From the human T2T-CHM13v2.0 reference genome, Homo sapiens, in the NCBI RefSeq assembly GCF_009914755.1, contig NC_060927.1: a stretch of 64,000 nt of DNA; one strand, 5' to 3'. Shown piece by piece: positions 1 through 19,092 of the stretch. The position numbers and the translations under genes are program-made. The stretch's first letter is position 1; every line of letters begins with the position of its first letter. The notes beneath the pieces were generated by a model. That model was given only the letters and a program-made list of their open reading frames with translations. It was not told where the DNA came from and made no database searches.

Positions 1-125
1 TATCCTGAGAGAATTCATTGCTTTAAAATCTGCCCTACAAAAAAATACTAAAGGGATTAATGCAGACTGAAATGAGAGGACAGTAAGCAATAACTCAAAT
101 CCACATGAAAAATAAAAAGCACTGG

Positions 126-578
126 TGTGTTAGTTTCTGAGGGCTGCTGTAACAAATTACTACAAACTGGGTGGCTTAAAACAACAGAGATTTATTCTCT
201 CACAGTTCTAGAGGCTAGAAATTCAAAATCTGGCAGGGACACATTTTTTCCAGGGCTCAAGGGAAGAACCCATTCCTTGCCTCTTCCAGTTTCTTATGGC
301 TTGCCCAGAATTCCTGGGCTTATAGTTACATCAATCCAATCTCTGCCTTGTCTTCACATCACCCTTTCCTCTGCGTCTGTCTTCTCCTGTGTGTGTGTAT
401 TATAAGGACACTTGTTAGATTTAGGGCCCACCTGGATGATCTCATCTCAAAATCCTTAACTGTCTTACATCTTCAAAGATCTTTTGTTTTTTCTTTTTCA
501 AATAAGGTAACATTTTCATAGGTTTTGGGGTTTGAGACATGGACATATTTGTAGGCGGCCACCATTTGCCCCTCTACA
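126..578 (-). mobile_element. MaLR solo LTR (MLT1C-like) inserted in old L1
   Basis: TG...CA termini; tgttagtttctgagggctgctgtaacaaattactacaaactgggtggcttaaaacaacag is the typical MLT1 end; L1 sequence resumes on both sides. Confidence 0.85.
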
Positions 579-1896
579 ATCAGTAAAGGTAACTACATAG
601 GTAAATAAAAAACACAGTGTAAGTATATTTTTGTAACTTTTTCCTCTTAACTAATTTAAAAGATAAGTGCATTAAACAATAATTATAAAATCTGTAATGA
701 TAGGCAAACAATGTAAAAAAAGGTGTAATTTATATGACAGTAACAGCACAAGGGGGGAGAAGAAACGGAACCATACAGGAGCAAAGTTTTTGTATATTTT
801 TGAATTAAGTTAGCATTAATTTAAACTAGAGTTTTAAAAGTTAAGGTGTTAATTGTAATCCCCAGGGCTACTACTAAGAAAATAAGTTTTAAAATATGAT
901 AAAATAAGCAACAGGGGAATTAAAAGAAGTCAGTAATGGAGGAGTAGAAATCAAAAAGGCATAAGACATATAGAAAACAAATAGCAGAATGGTAGAAATA
1001 AGCTCTGCCTTATCAGTAATTACATTAAATGTAAATAAACACTTCAATTAAGAGGCAGAGATTGGCAGAAGACATTTTTAAAAATGATTTCTGTGTTTCT
1101 TACAAAAGACACATTTAGATTTAAGTACACAAATAAGTTGGCAGTAAAAGGATGGAAAAAGATATACCATGCAAACAGTAACCAAAAGAAAACTGGAACC
1201 ACTATACCAATATCAGATACAATAAACCTTAAGACAAAAATTATCAGTAGAAAACAAGGATATTTGATAAGTATTATAAATCAATACACCAAAAAGGTAT
1301 AAAAATTATAAACATATATGTACCCCAAAATAGACTTTAAAAGTGTATTAAGCAAATACTGATAAAAGTGAGGAAAGAAATAGACATTTCAACAACAATA
1401 ATAGTTGGATAATTCAACATCCCACTTTCAATACTGGCAAGAAGACATACACAGAGATAAACAAGAGAATGAAAGACTTGAACAGCACTAAACCAACTAG
1501 ACCTAACGAACCTCTCTAGAATACACCATGCCAAAACAGCAGAGCACATATCTTTTCAAGCACACATGGAACATTCTCCAGTATAGACATATGTTAGGCC
1601 ATAAAGCAAGTATTAATACCTTTTAAAAGATTGGAATCATTCGAAGTATTTTTTGTAACTACAATGGAATGAAATTAGAAATCAATAACAGAAATGTAGG
1701 GAATTCACAAATTTGTCAAAATTAAACAACATATTTCCAAGTACCAATGAGTCAAAGAAGAAATCACAGAGAAAATGAGAAAATAATTCAAGATCAATGA
1801 AAACAAAACATGACAAATTAAAACATATGGCATGCAGTGAAAGCAATGCTTAGAGGGAGATTTACAGCTTCAAATGCCTTAAAAAGAAGGGAAGAA

Positions 1897-2065
1897 GCCA
1901 GGGGGAGTGGTACATTCCTGTAGTCCCAGCTACTTGAGAGGCTGAAGCAAGAGAATCATTTGAGCCCAGGAGTGAGAGGCCATAGTGCACTATTTTCATG
2001 CCTGTGAATAGCCACTGCACTCTAGCCTGGGCAACACAGTGAGACCCCACTTCTTAAAAAGAAGA
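1897..2065 (+). mobile_element. FAM (fossil Alu monomer)
   Basis: Monomeric 7SL-derived sequence with the FAM/7SL segment gcctgtgaatagccactgcactctagcctggg and a short A tail. Confidence 0.8.
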
Positions 2066-3250
2066 AAAATGTCAAATCAATAACCTAATCTTCCACCTTG
2101 AGACACTAAAAGCAGCAGAGCAAACTAAATCCAAAGCAAGGAGAAAAAAGGAAGTAGCAAAGATAAGCATGGAAATAAACGAAACAGAGGACAAAAAAAT
2201 AAAAATAAAGCTAAAACTAGGTTTTTTGAAAAGATTAATGCAATTCTTAAACTTTTAGTTAAATTTACCGAGAAAATATGGATTACAAGAAAAAACTATG
2301 AACAACTTTACGCCAACAAATTAGATAACCTAGATGAAATAAACCAATCCTTACAAAGATACAAACTACCAAAACTGACTCAAGACGAAGAAAATTGGAA
2401 TAAATCTATAAAAAGGAAAGAGATTGAATTAGCAGTTGAAAATCTTCTTACAATTAAAAGCTCAGAATTAGATGGCTTCACTGATCTATTCTGCCAAACA
2501 TTTAAAGAATTGATACCAATTCTTTACAAACTCTTTCAGAAAAGAGAATAGGAGAAAAAACATAGCTCATTCTATGAGACCAGTATAATCCAGATTCAAA
2601 AATCTTATTTTAACAAAATTACTAGCAAATGGAATCTAGAACATATAAAAAGGATCACACACCATAACCAGTTCAGATTTTATCCCAGGAATACAAGTTT
2701 GATTTAACATCTAAAGTTAATAAATGTAGTATAAAGGATAAAACCACATGATCATCTGAATAATTGCAGAAAATGCTTTTGACAAAATCTAACACCTTTC
2801 ATAATTAAAATAGAGCAGTCAACAAGTGAAGGGTAGATGTGAACTTCCTCAACTTGATAAAGGGCATCTACAAAACACCCACAGCTAACATCATACTTAA
2901 TGGGTAGAAAACTGAATGCTTTCCCCTTAAGATTAGAAGCAGGCAAAGATGTTCATTCCCACCACTTCTATTGAACATTGTACTGGAAGATCTATTCAGG
3001 GTAATTAGGCAAGATAAATAAATAAAAGGCATCCAGAACTGAAAGGAAGAAGTAAAACTACCTCTATTTGCAGATGACATCTTATATGTAGAAAATCCTA
3101 AGATCCTTCTCCCAGCACCACAAACACACACTATTAGAGATAGTAAATGAGTTTAGAAAGGTTGCAGAATGCAAGATAAATATACAAAATTCACTGTACT
3201 TTTTATACCCTAGCATTTAACCACCCAAAATTGAAATTAAAACAATTTCA

Positions 3251-3585
<335 letters not shown>

Positions 3586-3616
3586 TTACAATAGTATCAA
3601 AAATAATAAAATAGGT

Positions 3617-3932
3617 GCCAGGCACAGTGGTTCATGCCTGTAATCCCAGCACTTTGGGAGGCTGAGGTGGGTGGATCACATGAGCTTAGGAGTTCATGAT
3701 CAGCCTGAACATGGCAACATGGCAAAACCCCATCTCTACAAAAAAGTACAAAAATTATCCAGGTGTGGTGGCACATGGCATGCCTGTAGTCCCAGCTACC
3801 CAGGAGGCTGAGGTGGGAGGATCATTTGAGCCCAGGAGGTCAAGGCTGCAGTGAATCAAGATCCTGACACTGTGTTCCAGTCTGGGTGACAGAGTGAGCC
3901 CCTATCTAGTAATAATAATAATAATAATAATA
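3617..3932 (+). mobile_element. AluJ with (AAT)n tail
   Basis: Alu dimer with J-type ggaggatcatttgagcccaggaggtcaaggctgcag. Confidence 0.9.
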
Positions 3933-4109
3933 GTTAACAAAATAAGAGTAAGACTTGTAATCTGGAAACTTTAAGATATTGTTGAAAAAAATTAAAGAAA
4001 ACCTAAATAAATGGAAAGACATCCAATGTTCATAAGTATCTTTAAGACTTAATATTAAGCTGGCAATACTTCTCCAATTGATCTGCAGATTCAACACAAT
4101 CCCTATTAA

Positions 4110-4477
<368 letters not shown>

Positions 4478-6085
4478 CCAACATAATCTTGAAAAAGAAC
4501 AAGGTTGGGGGGCTCACATGTCTCAGTTTCAAAATTTATTACAAGGCAAGAGCAATCAAAATAGTGTAGTACTGGCATAAGGATAAACATATAGATCAAT
4601 GGAATCGAATTGAGAGTAAAAAATAAACTCATGTATCTGTGATCAATTGATTTTGACAAGCGTGTCAAACAATCCAATGACAGAATTGTCTTTTCAATAA
4701 TGGTGTTATATATTCACATGCAAAAGAATAAATTGGACCCCTAACTTATGTCATATAAAAAAATTAACTCGAATCAAAGACCTAAATGTAAGAGCTAAAA
4801 CTATAAAACTCTTAGAATAAAACGTAGGTGTACATCTTCACGATCAGGAATTTGGCAACGGTTTCTTTGTGACACCTAAAGAACAGGTAAACAAAAAAGG
4901 TAAATTAGAGTTCATAAAAATTAAAAACTTTCATGTATCAAAGGAAAGTATGAAGAAAATAAAAAGTTAACCCACAGAATGGGAGAAAATTTTTGCAAAT
5001 CATGTATTTGATGAGGGTCTAGTGTCCAGAATATGTAAAGAACTCAACAATAAAGACAAGTACCCCAATTTAAAATGGGCAAATGATCTAAATAGACATT
5101 TCTTCAAAGAAGACATGCAAATAGCCAATAAGTACATGAAAGAATGCATATTATTAGTCATTAGGGAGATGCAAATCAAAACAAGAAGATACCACTTCTC
5201 ATACAATGAGAAGGCTATAATAAAGAAAGACAATAACAAGTGTTGACAAGGATGTGGAGAAATTGGAACCCTCATATGTTGCTAGCAGGAATATAAAATG
5301 ATGCATTCACTTTGGAGAACAGTTTGGCAGTTTCTCAAACAGTTTAACATAGTTACCATATGACCCAGCAATTTCACTCCTAGGTATGTACCCAAGAGAA
5401 ATGAAAATATGTGTCCATACAAAAACTTGCACTTTAATGTTTATTGCAGCATTATTTACAATATCCAAAATATAGAAACAACCCAAATGTCTATCACCTG
5501 CTGAATGGATAAGTAATGTGGTATAGCCATATAAGTGAATATTATGTATCCATAAAAAGAAATGAAATACTGATATGTATACTATGACATGGATGAACTC
5601 AAAAACTTCGTTAAGTAAAAGAAGCCAGACACAAAGAACCAAATATTGTATGATTACATCTACAAGAAACGTCCAGAATAAGCAAATGCACAGTGACAGA
5701 AAGTAGATTACGAAGTGCCAAAGGCTTGGGGGAGGAGAAAATAGGGACTGATTCAGAGCTCCTTTTTGGAGCAGTGAAAATTGATACAGGGTTTCTTTTC
5801 AGAGCAGTAAAAATGTTCTAGAATTACATTGTGGTGATGGTTGTCCTTTGTGAATGTAATAAAAACCACTGAATTGTACACTTTAAAGTGTTACTTTTAT
5901 GCTACCTGACATATGTTTTTTAAAAATGTAAAACATTAAAGACAGTGTTATTAAAAAAATACAAAAATCTTGTCTGCTCAGGGGAGCTTCTTTATGACCC
6001 CTTATGCAGCTTTTGAAGACTGTAAATAGGGTTTGCCTATTCATATAACTTCAAAAGTCAGATGTATTTAATCTAGAAATAAGTT

Positions 6086-7062
6086 TGTTACCGGTGGAAG
6101 GTATCTGAGTTACCTGTGTTGAATCTGTACGAGTCTCAGCAACCTCAATTCTTGCCTCCTCAGAAGAAAGAATTTGACTGAGGGGCATAAGGCAGAAAAA
6201 GAGACCGAGGCAAGTTTCAGAGCAGGAGTGGAAGTTTATTTTAAAAGGCTTTAGAACAGGAAATAAAGGAAAAGTACATTTGGAAGACACCCAAGTAGGC
6301 ACGTGAATGTTAAGTGTGGTGTTTAACTGTGATCCTAGGATTTTTATAGGCTGGCCCACTTCTAGCATCTTGCACCCCTTTCCCATGATTCTTCCCTTAG
6401 GGCAGGCTGCCTGCGTGTGCAGGGCCCCCCCCTTTTTTTTTTTTTTGAGAAAGTCTTGCTCTGTTGCCCAGGCTGGAGAGCAGTGGCACGACCTCGGCTC
6501 ACTGCAAGCTCCGCCTTCCGGGTTCACGCCATTCTCCTGCTTCAGCCTCCCGAGAAGCTGGGACTACAGGTGCCCACCACCACGCCTGGATAATTTTTTG
6601 TTGTTTTTTTTTTTTTTTTTTTTTTTTTAGTAGAGATGGGGTTTCACAGTGTTGGCCAGGATGGTCTCAATCTCATGACCTCGTGATCCGCCCGCCTCGG
6701 CCTCCCAAGCAGGGCCCTTCATACCCTTGGGAGGTGAGCACGTGCAATGTGTTTAGGAAGTTGTACACATGCCAGTCTGAGGCTTTCTTCCCTTTTCCGG
6801 TGACGTGGTCCTGGAAGGTCATAGTCCACCATTTTGTCTCTTACTGCACATGCCTAGGCAGTTGCTTCTCTCTGGCATGTGCATTCAATTAACACTTGAG
6901 CACAGCAGGTGTGCATCATCAGGAAATGGCCTCTCCCTGGCACTGGCTGCCAATTTATCACTTTCAGAGAGGCAGTGTGATAATTGCCAAACCATCACCC
7001 AACATTCCTAGTGGGTGGGGAGAGCCCTCTCCTGCCCCGCTCATGCCTAACTACCTGTAACA
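6086..7062 (-). mobile_element. ERV1 solo LTR, MER50-like, containing an AluY
   Basis: TGTTA...TAACA termini; 4-bp TSD AGTT (6082-6085 / 7063-7066); minus strand begins tgttacaggtagttaggcatgagcggggcaggagagg. Confidence 0.85.
6433..6708 (-). mobile_element. AluY-like, slightly 5'-truncated, inside MER50
   Basis: Y-type gcaagctccgccttccgggttcacgccattc; TSD gcagggccc (6419-6427 / 6709-6717). Confidence 0.9.
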
Positions 7063-7096
7063 AGTTTAATTTGGGGAAATTTTGAAGATTTGTAAG

Positions 7097-7772
7097 TGTG
7101 AAAGGAAAATGAATCTCAGGACCCCAAAACCACTAAGCCAAAGGGAAAAGTCAAGCTGGGAACTGTGTCAGGCAAACCTGCCTCCCATTTTATTCCTAAA
7201 TAAGATAGCTACAGATATTAGAAAAGCTAAATACATTTCTCATAATTTTTCCGCAAGGCAATTCCTTGTGGGCTCCAAGATCTTTACCCTAAAACAGTTC
7301 TGTTTAATTTCACTCTGGCAATGTAAATTAATAGCTTCTCTTCACAGATATGGGACAAAGATTAGAACTCAAAGTCATCACTGCTCACCTGAGACAAATG
7401 CATGTCTGATTGCCTCCTCTGCCCTATTGTTTACATGATCTCTGTTTACATGATCTTATGTAAAAATACAGATTCAGGGAGCAACGTGAAGGCGTGAGTG
7501 ACTGTTCTTCTACCCCCCACCCCCATATTTAAATTGTGTATTCAGTGAAAGGCTGATCAAAGACTCAAAAGGATGCAACTGTTTGTCTCTTATCTACCCA
7601 CACATTAAAACAATTTCTTCCTCTTCCACAATATCCACCCTTTCCTTCTTAAATATTGAAACCCTCAAAATCATCTTTAGAGAGAGGCACAGACCTGCCT
7701 CCTGGGCATGCAGGTCTCTGGCAGAATAAACTCTAATTGATCGAGACCTGTCTCAGATACTGTTGGTTTACA
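7097..7772 (+). mobile_element. ERV1 solo LTR, MER4B-like
   Basis: Starts tgtgaaaggaaaatgaatctcaggaccccaaaaccactaagccaaagggaaaagtcaagctgggaac, ends ggtttaca; 4-bp TSD TAAG (7093-7096 / 7773-7776). Confidence 0.85.
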
Positions 7773-8656
7773 TAAGTATTATTTTACTTTTCATTTTAGA
7801 TTGGAAGGCAGGAGAAGTTTTCAGTTTGTTGTTGTTTATCAGTAATGATCATTAAAGGATATTGATGTAAACATGATGGGTCAGGGATGCAGGTCAGGGT
7901 GATGTATGGGATTAATTTTATTGCTGTGATGGAAAAGTGTAAAATAAAGATTCTGTGATGGGGAAGTGAAAAGAAAGTAATACGTCAACTAGAGAAATTT
8001 TGAAAAATGTGAGAAGTATTCTTATTGTATAACATGACAATATGTCATGGGGCAAACTTACCATTTACTACTAAGGCCATGTCTAGACAGCCACTACATA
8101 AACTTTGTTCATTTGTTTTATTGTGGTAAAATACATAAACATAAATCTTACTATCTTAACCATTTTAAAATATACAGCTCATTGATATTAAGTATATTCA
8201 TATTGTTGTACAGCCATCGCCACCATTGATCTCCAGAACTCTTTTCATCTTGCAAAACTAAACTCTGTACCCATTAAATAATAACTACTCAGTCTCCCCT
8301 CTCCCCAACCACTACAAACCACCATTCTACTTTCTGTCTCTGTAATTTGGACTACCCTAGGTACTTCACATAAGTGGAATCATATACAATATTTGTATTT
8401 TCATGACTGGCTTATTTTACTTCAGTATAATGTCCTCAAATTTCATCCATGTACTAGCACATGTTAGAGTTTCCTTCCTTTTTAAAGCTGAATAAGATTC
8501 CATTATATGTATATATCACACTTTGCTTATCCATTCATCTGATGGACACGGGTTGCTTCCCAAGTGTCCAATGCTGTCCATTATTGTGAATAATGCTGCT
8601 ATAAATGTAGAGGTGCAAATATGTCTTCAAGATCCTGTTTTCAGTTCTTTTGGGTA

Positions 8657-8973
8657 CAGTAGTTCCCCTTTATCCATGGTTTTCTCTCCACAGTTTCCAT
8701 TAATTATGGTATAGCACAATAAGATATTTTGAGAGAGAGCAAGAGACCACATTCACATAACTTTAATCGTAGTATAATGTTATACTTGTTCTATTTTATT
8801 GTCAGTTATTGTTGTTAATCTATTACTGTGCCTAATTTAGAAATTCAACTTTATGGTAGGTACATTTGTATATGAAAAAAACATAGTACATACAGGGATC
8901 AGTACTCTCCACAGTTTCAGGCATCCACTGGGTGTCTTGGAAGGTGTCCTCCATGGATAAGGGAGAATTACTG
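8657..8973 (+). mobile_element. MER44 (Tigger-family non-autonomous DNA transposon)
   Basis: TIRs cagtagttcccctttatccatgg / ccatggataagggagaattactg with TA TSD on both sides. Confidence 0.85.
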
Positions 8974-9879
8974 TATATACTCAGAAGCAAAATTGCTGGA
9001 TCATATAGTAATTATATTTTAATTTTTTGAGAAACTGCACCATACTGTTTTCTATAGTGGCTATACCATCTTACCAACAGTGCACAGATGTTCACATTTC
9101 TCTGAATTGTTGCCAACACTTGTTTAATTTCTGCTTTAAACATTTTTGATAATAGCCATCCTAATGGTTGTGAATTGATATCTCATTTTTCTTTTGATTT
9201 GCATTTCCCTAATGATTAGTGAGGTTGAGCATCTTTTTATGTGCTTATTGCCAGTCACATATCTTTGGCGAAATGTCTAATTCAAGTCATTTGCCCATTT
9301 ATGAACCTGACTGTTTTGTTGTTGTTGAGCTCTAGGAATTCTCTTTACATTCTGGATATAAATCTCTTATCAGATATATAACTTACAAATATTTTATCTC
9401 ATTCTGTAGAATACTTTCTCACTCTGCTGATAGTGTCTTTTAATGTACGAAAGTTTTAAATTTTCATGAAGTCCAGTTTGTCTATTTTTCTTTTGTTCCC
9501 TATGCCTTTATATCATCTCTGAGAAATCATTGCCAAATCCATTTCTATGGAGATTTTCCCCTATATTTTCTTCTAAGAGTTTTATAGTTTTAGATCTTAT
9601 GTTTAGGTCTTTGATTCATTTTGAGTTCATTTTTGTATATGATATTAGGTAAGAGTCTAACTTCAATTTTTTCCACGTGGATATACAACAATTTTCCCAG
9701 CAACATTTGTTGAAAAGACTGCCCCTTCCCACGAAATGGTCTTGGCATCCTTGTTGAAAATCATTTGACTATATTGCAAGGGTTTTTTTGGGGACTGTCT
9801 ATTCTATTCTATACTGTTGGTCTGTATTTGTTTTTATGACAGTACCACACTGTTTTGATTACTTTAGATTTGGAGTAAG

Positions 9880-9960
9880 TTTTTTTCTCAATTTTTTTGT
9901 TATGGTAAAATACATGTAACATAAAATTTACCATCTTAACCATTTTTAAGTGCACAGTTT
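9880..9960 (-). mobile_element. Very short second L1 3'-terminal fragment nested in the old L1
   Basis: T-run then tatggtaaaatacatgtaacataaaatttaccatcttaaccatttttaag resembles the L1 3' end at about 8120-8170; flanks share gtaagtttt/gttaagtttt. Confidence 0.7.
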
Positions 9961-10617
9961 GTGTAGTTAAGTTTTGAAATCAGAAAATGTAAGTATTCCA
10001 CTTTCGTGAATCTATTTTCAAGATTATTTTTGGCTATCTATGATCCCTTTCGATTCCATACAAATTTTAGAATTTTTTTCTATTTCTGCAGAAAAATTGG
10101 TATTTTGATAGGGATTGCATTGAATCTGCAGATTCCTCTGGCTAGTATTGGCATCCTAACAATATGAAGTATTTCAATTTATGAACATAGGATGTCTTTC
10201 CATATCTTTATGTCTTCTTTAATGTCTTTCAGCAATCTTTTGTAGTTTTCATTGTACAATTCTTTCACCTCCTCAGTTAATTCTTAAGTATTTCATCCTT
10301 TTTGATGCTATTATAAATGAAGTTGTTTTCTTAATTTCCTTTTGATATTATTTATTGTTAATGTATAGAAATATTACTGATTTGTGTTGACTTTGTATCC
10401 TGCTACTTTGCTGAATTTACTTATTAGTTCTAACGGGGTTTTTTTTGGTGTATAACTGTGAAATCTTTAGGGGTTTCTACATACAAGATCATGTCATCTC
10501 CAAACAGATAAAATTTTACTTCTTCCTTTCCAAATTGCATGCTTATTTTTTTCCTAGTTGCATTGGCTAGGATTTCCAGTACTGCAGTATATATTAAATA
10601 AAAGTGGCAAAAAGTGA

Positions 10618-10992
<375 letters not shown>

Positions 10993-11035
10993 AGCTGTGG
11001 GTTTTTCATACACAGTTTTTATCATGTTGAAGTAG

Positions 11036-11110
11036 TGCTACAGACTGAATGTTTGTAGTTCCCCCAAAATTCATATGTTGAAATCCTAATCGCCAATATG
11101 ATGGTATTTA
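11036..11110 (+). mobile_element. Truncated MLT1A/MST LTR 5' fragment
   Basis: tgctacagactgaatgtttgt...cccccaaaattcatatgttgaaatcctaatc matches a MaLR LTR start. Confidence 0.7.
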
Positions 11111-12650
11111 ATTTCCACAAATTTGTCTGTTTTCCAATTTTCCTTCCATTATTGATTTTTAACTTCATCCCATTGTGCTCAGAGAAGACACTTTGTATGG
11201 TATCTGTGTTTTAAAATCTATTGAGACTTAATTTGTGGCCAAACATAAGGTATTTTGGGAAAATGTTTTTGCACTTGAGAAGAATGTATATTCTGTTGTT
11301 GTTGAATAAAGTGTTCTGTATATGTCTGTTAGACATAGTTGATTGATTATGTTGTTCAAGTCTTCTATTACTTATTTTCTGTCGGTTTTATCCGTCATTG
11401 AGAGTGAGGTATTGAAGTCTCCAACTATTATTGTAGAACTGTCTATTTCTCCTTTCAATTCGGTCAGTTTTTAATTTATGTATTTTGATGGTCTGTTATT
11501 TGTTTTGCAAAAGTTTATAACTGTTATATCTTCTTTCCATATTGAGCCTTTTATTAATATATAATATCCTTCTTTATCTCTCTTGTAATCTTTTTTTGAT
11601 TTATAGTCTATTTTGTCTGATATTAGCATATTCACCACATCTACTTTCTTTAGGTTATTATTTGCATGGAATATCCTTTTTCATCAACCTAATTGTGTCT
11701 TTGGAACCAATGAGCCTCTTGTAGACAGCATATAGTTAAACCATTTTTTAATCCATTCTGTCAATCTCTGTCTTTCGACTGGAAGATTTAATCTATTTAC
11801 ATTTAAAGTAATTACTGATAAGAAATAACTTACTTCTGTTATTTTGCTATTTGTTTTCCATATGCCATATAATAGGTTTTTTTGTGTCTCATTTCCTGCA
11901 TTACTGCTCTCTTTTGTGCTTAGTTGATTTTTTTTGTAGCAAAATGTTTAAATTCCTTTTTCATTTCCTTTTGTGTATATGCTTTAGCTATTTTTTTCTT
12001 TGTGATTACCATGGAGATTACATTTAATATCCAAAAGTTGAATTTACATCTGGTTAAATTTAATAACATATATAAACTCTGCTCCTTTAGAAGCTCTGTT
12101 CCCATCATTTTCAGCTGTTCATGTTACAGGAATCCATCTTTATACTTTATGTGTTGAAAACCTTCAGCTAATAATTTTTAATGCATTCATATCTTAAATT
12201 ATATAGAAAACAAAATGTACAGTTACAAACTAAAGTTACAACAATACTAGCTTTTAGACTAATAATTTTTTAAAAATGTATTTTAAAAACTCTCATAAAT
12301 TACCTGGAAAACAAAAAGTAGTGTTACACACCATTGTTACAATAATACTAGCTTTTGTAATTGCCTGTTTATTTGCCTTTACTGATATCTTTTTTTTTTT
12401 TTCAATATGGCTTTAAGTTACTGCCTTTTCTTTTCAACCTGCAGAACACCCTTTAACATTTCTTTTCTTTTCTTTTTTTCACTCCTTAGGTCAGTACCTT
12501 TAGGATTTCGTGCAGGGAAGTTTTAGTGATAACAAACTCCTTCAGTTTTTATTTGTAGGGAATGTCATAATTTCTCCCTTACTTCTGAAGGACAGTTTTG
12601 CCACATGTAGGATTCTTGGTTGACAGGTTTTTGTTGTTGTTTTTTGTTTA

Positions 12651-13019
<369 letters not shown>

Positions 13020-13811
13020 TTAATCTTATTAGGAATCCCTTGTATGAGACAAGTTGCTTCTCTCTCACTGCTTTCAAGATTCTCTTTTTGTTTTGGCTTT
13101 GGACAGTTTGATTATAATATGTCTTGGTATGGGTCTCTTTGCGTTCATCCTATTTGGAGTTTATTGAGCTTGGATATTTACATTCATGTCTTTCATCAAA
13201 TTTGGAAATTTTTTGGTCTGCACAAATGTTTGTGGCTAAATTAATTAGTTTCTCCTTCTTCTTTCCTTCCCTCCTTTCCTTTATTGATGGCCAATGGCCA
13301 AAAACTCCTTTGTTACCAATTTTTTTTTGCAAGTTTTTGTTTTATTTGTAGCTTATGTTTCATGGCTTAAGTGGCACCATGCCTCTTAAGTGGTGATTAA
13401 AGGAAGAAATCTATCTGTCATCTGGTCTCATTTAAATAGCCTGTAGAAAATATTTTGGCTATATTTCACCCTCAAGGCTCTACAAAATAAAGATTCAATA
13501 GGCCATTGCATTCAGATGATTCATGTTGTGTTGGAGACATAAAGTGTCTTGTAGTCATTTGGAACTTGCTTGATTCCATGGGATGTAATCACTATTGAGC
13601 AGATTCATTATTAAGGCTCTGATAGAATAAAATTCAAATTAGCACATTTATTGCACATCTACTGTTATGTGAGGCACTATAGCTAGCTCAAAACTGATTT
13701 TGCTGAACCTAATTATGTTTGTAAGTAGGCGCCGAAGAGAAAAGAGTAAAAGAAAAATTTGGAATGTCTTATCTTGAAATGTATTATTTCACTAAAGAAA
13801 GTTTCAATAGT

Positions 13812-14104
<293 letters not shown>

Positions 14105-14131
14105 TCAAGTTTCGACAGTTTTAAAATTACT

Positions 14132-14892
<761 letters not shown>

Positions 14893-15204
14893 TTATTGTA
14901 TAATTTTATTTATTTATTTTTCTTGTTTTTTAAAAATATATTAATTGTGTAATTTTTTAGGTAAACCAACTCTTTTTTTTTGATAGCTTTTTTTTTTTTA
15001 TTATACTTTAAGTTTTAGGGTACATGTGCACATTGTGCAGGTTAGTTACATATGTATACATGTGCCATGCTGGTGCGCTGCACCCACTAACTGGTCATCT
15101 AGCATTAGGTATATCTCCCAATGCTATCCCTCCCCCCTCCCCCCACCCCACAACAGTCCCCAGAGTGTGATATTCCCCTTCCTGTGTCCATGTGATCTCA
15201 TTGT

Positions 15205-19029
<3,825 letters not shown>

Positions 19030-19092
19030 TATGATGTTAGCTGGTTATTTTGCTCATTAGTTGATGCAGTTTCTTCCTAGTCTCGATGTTCT

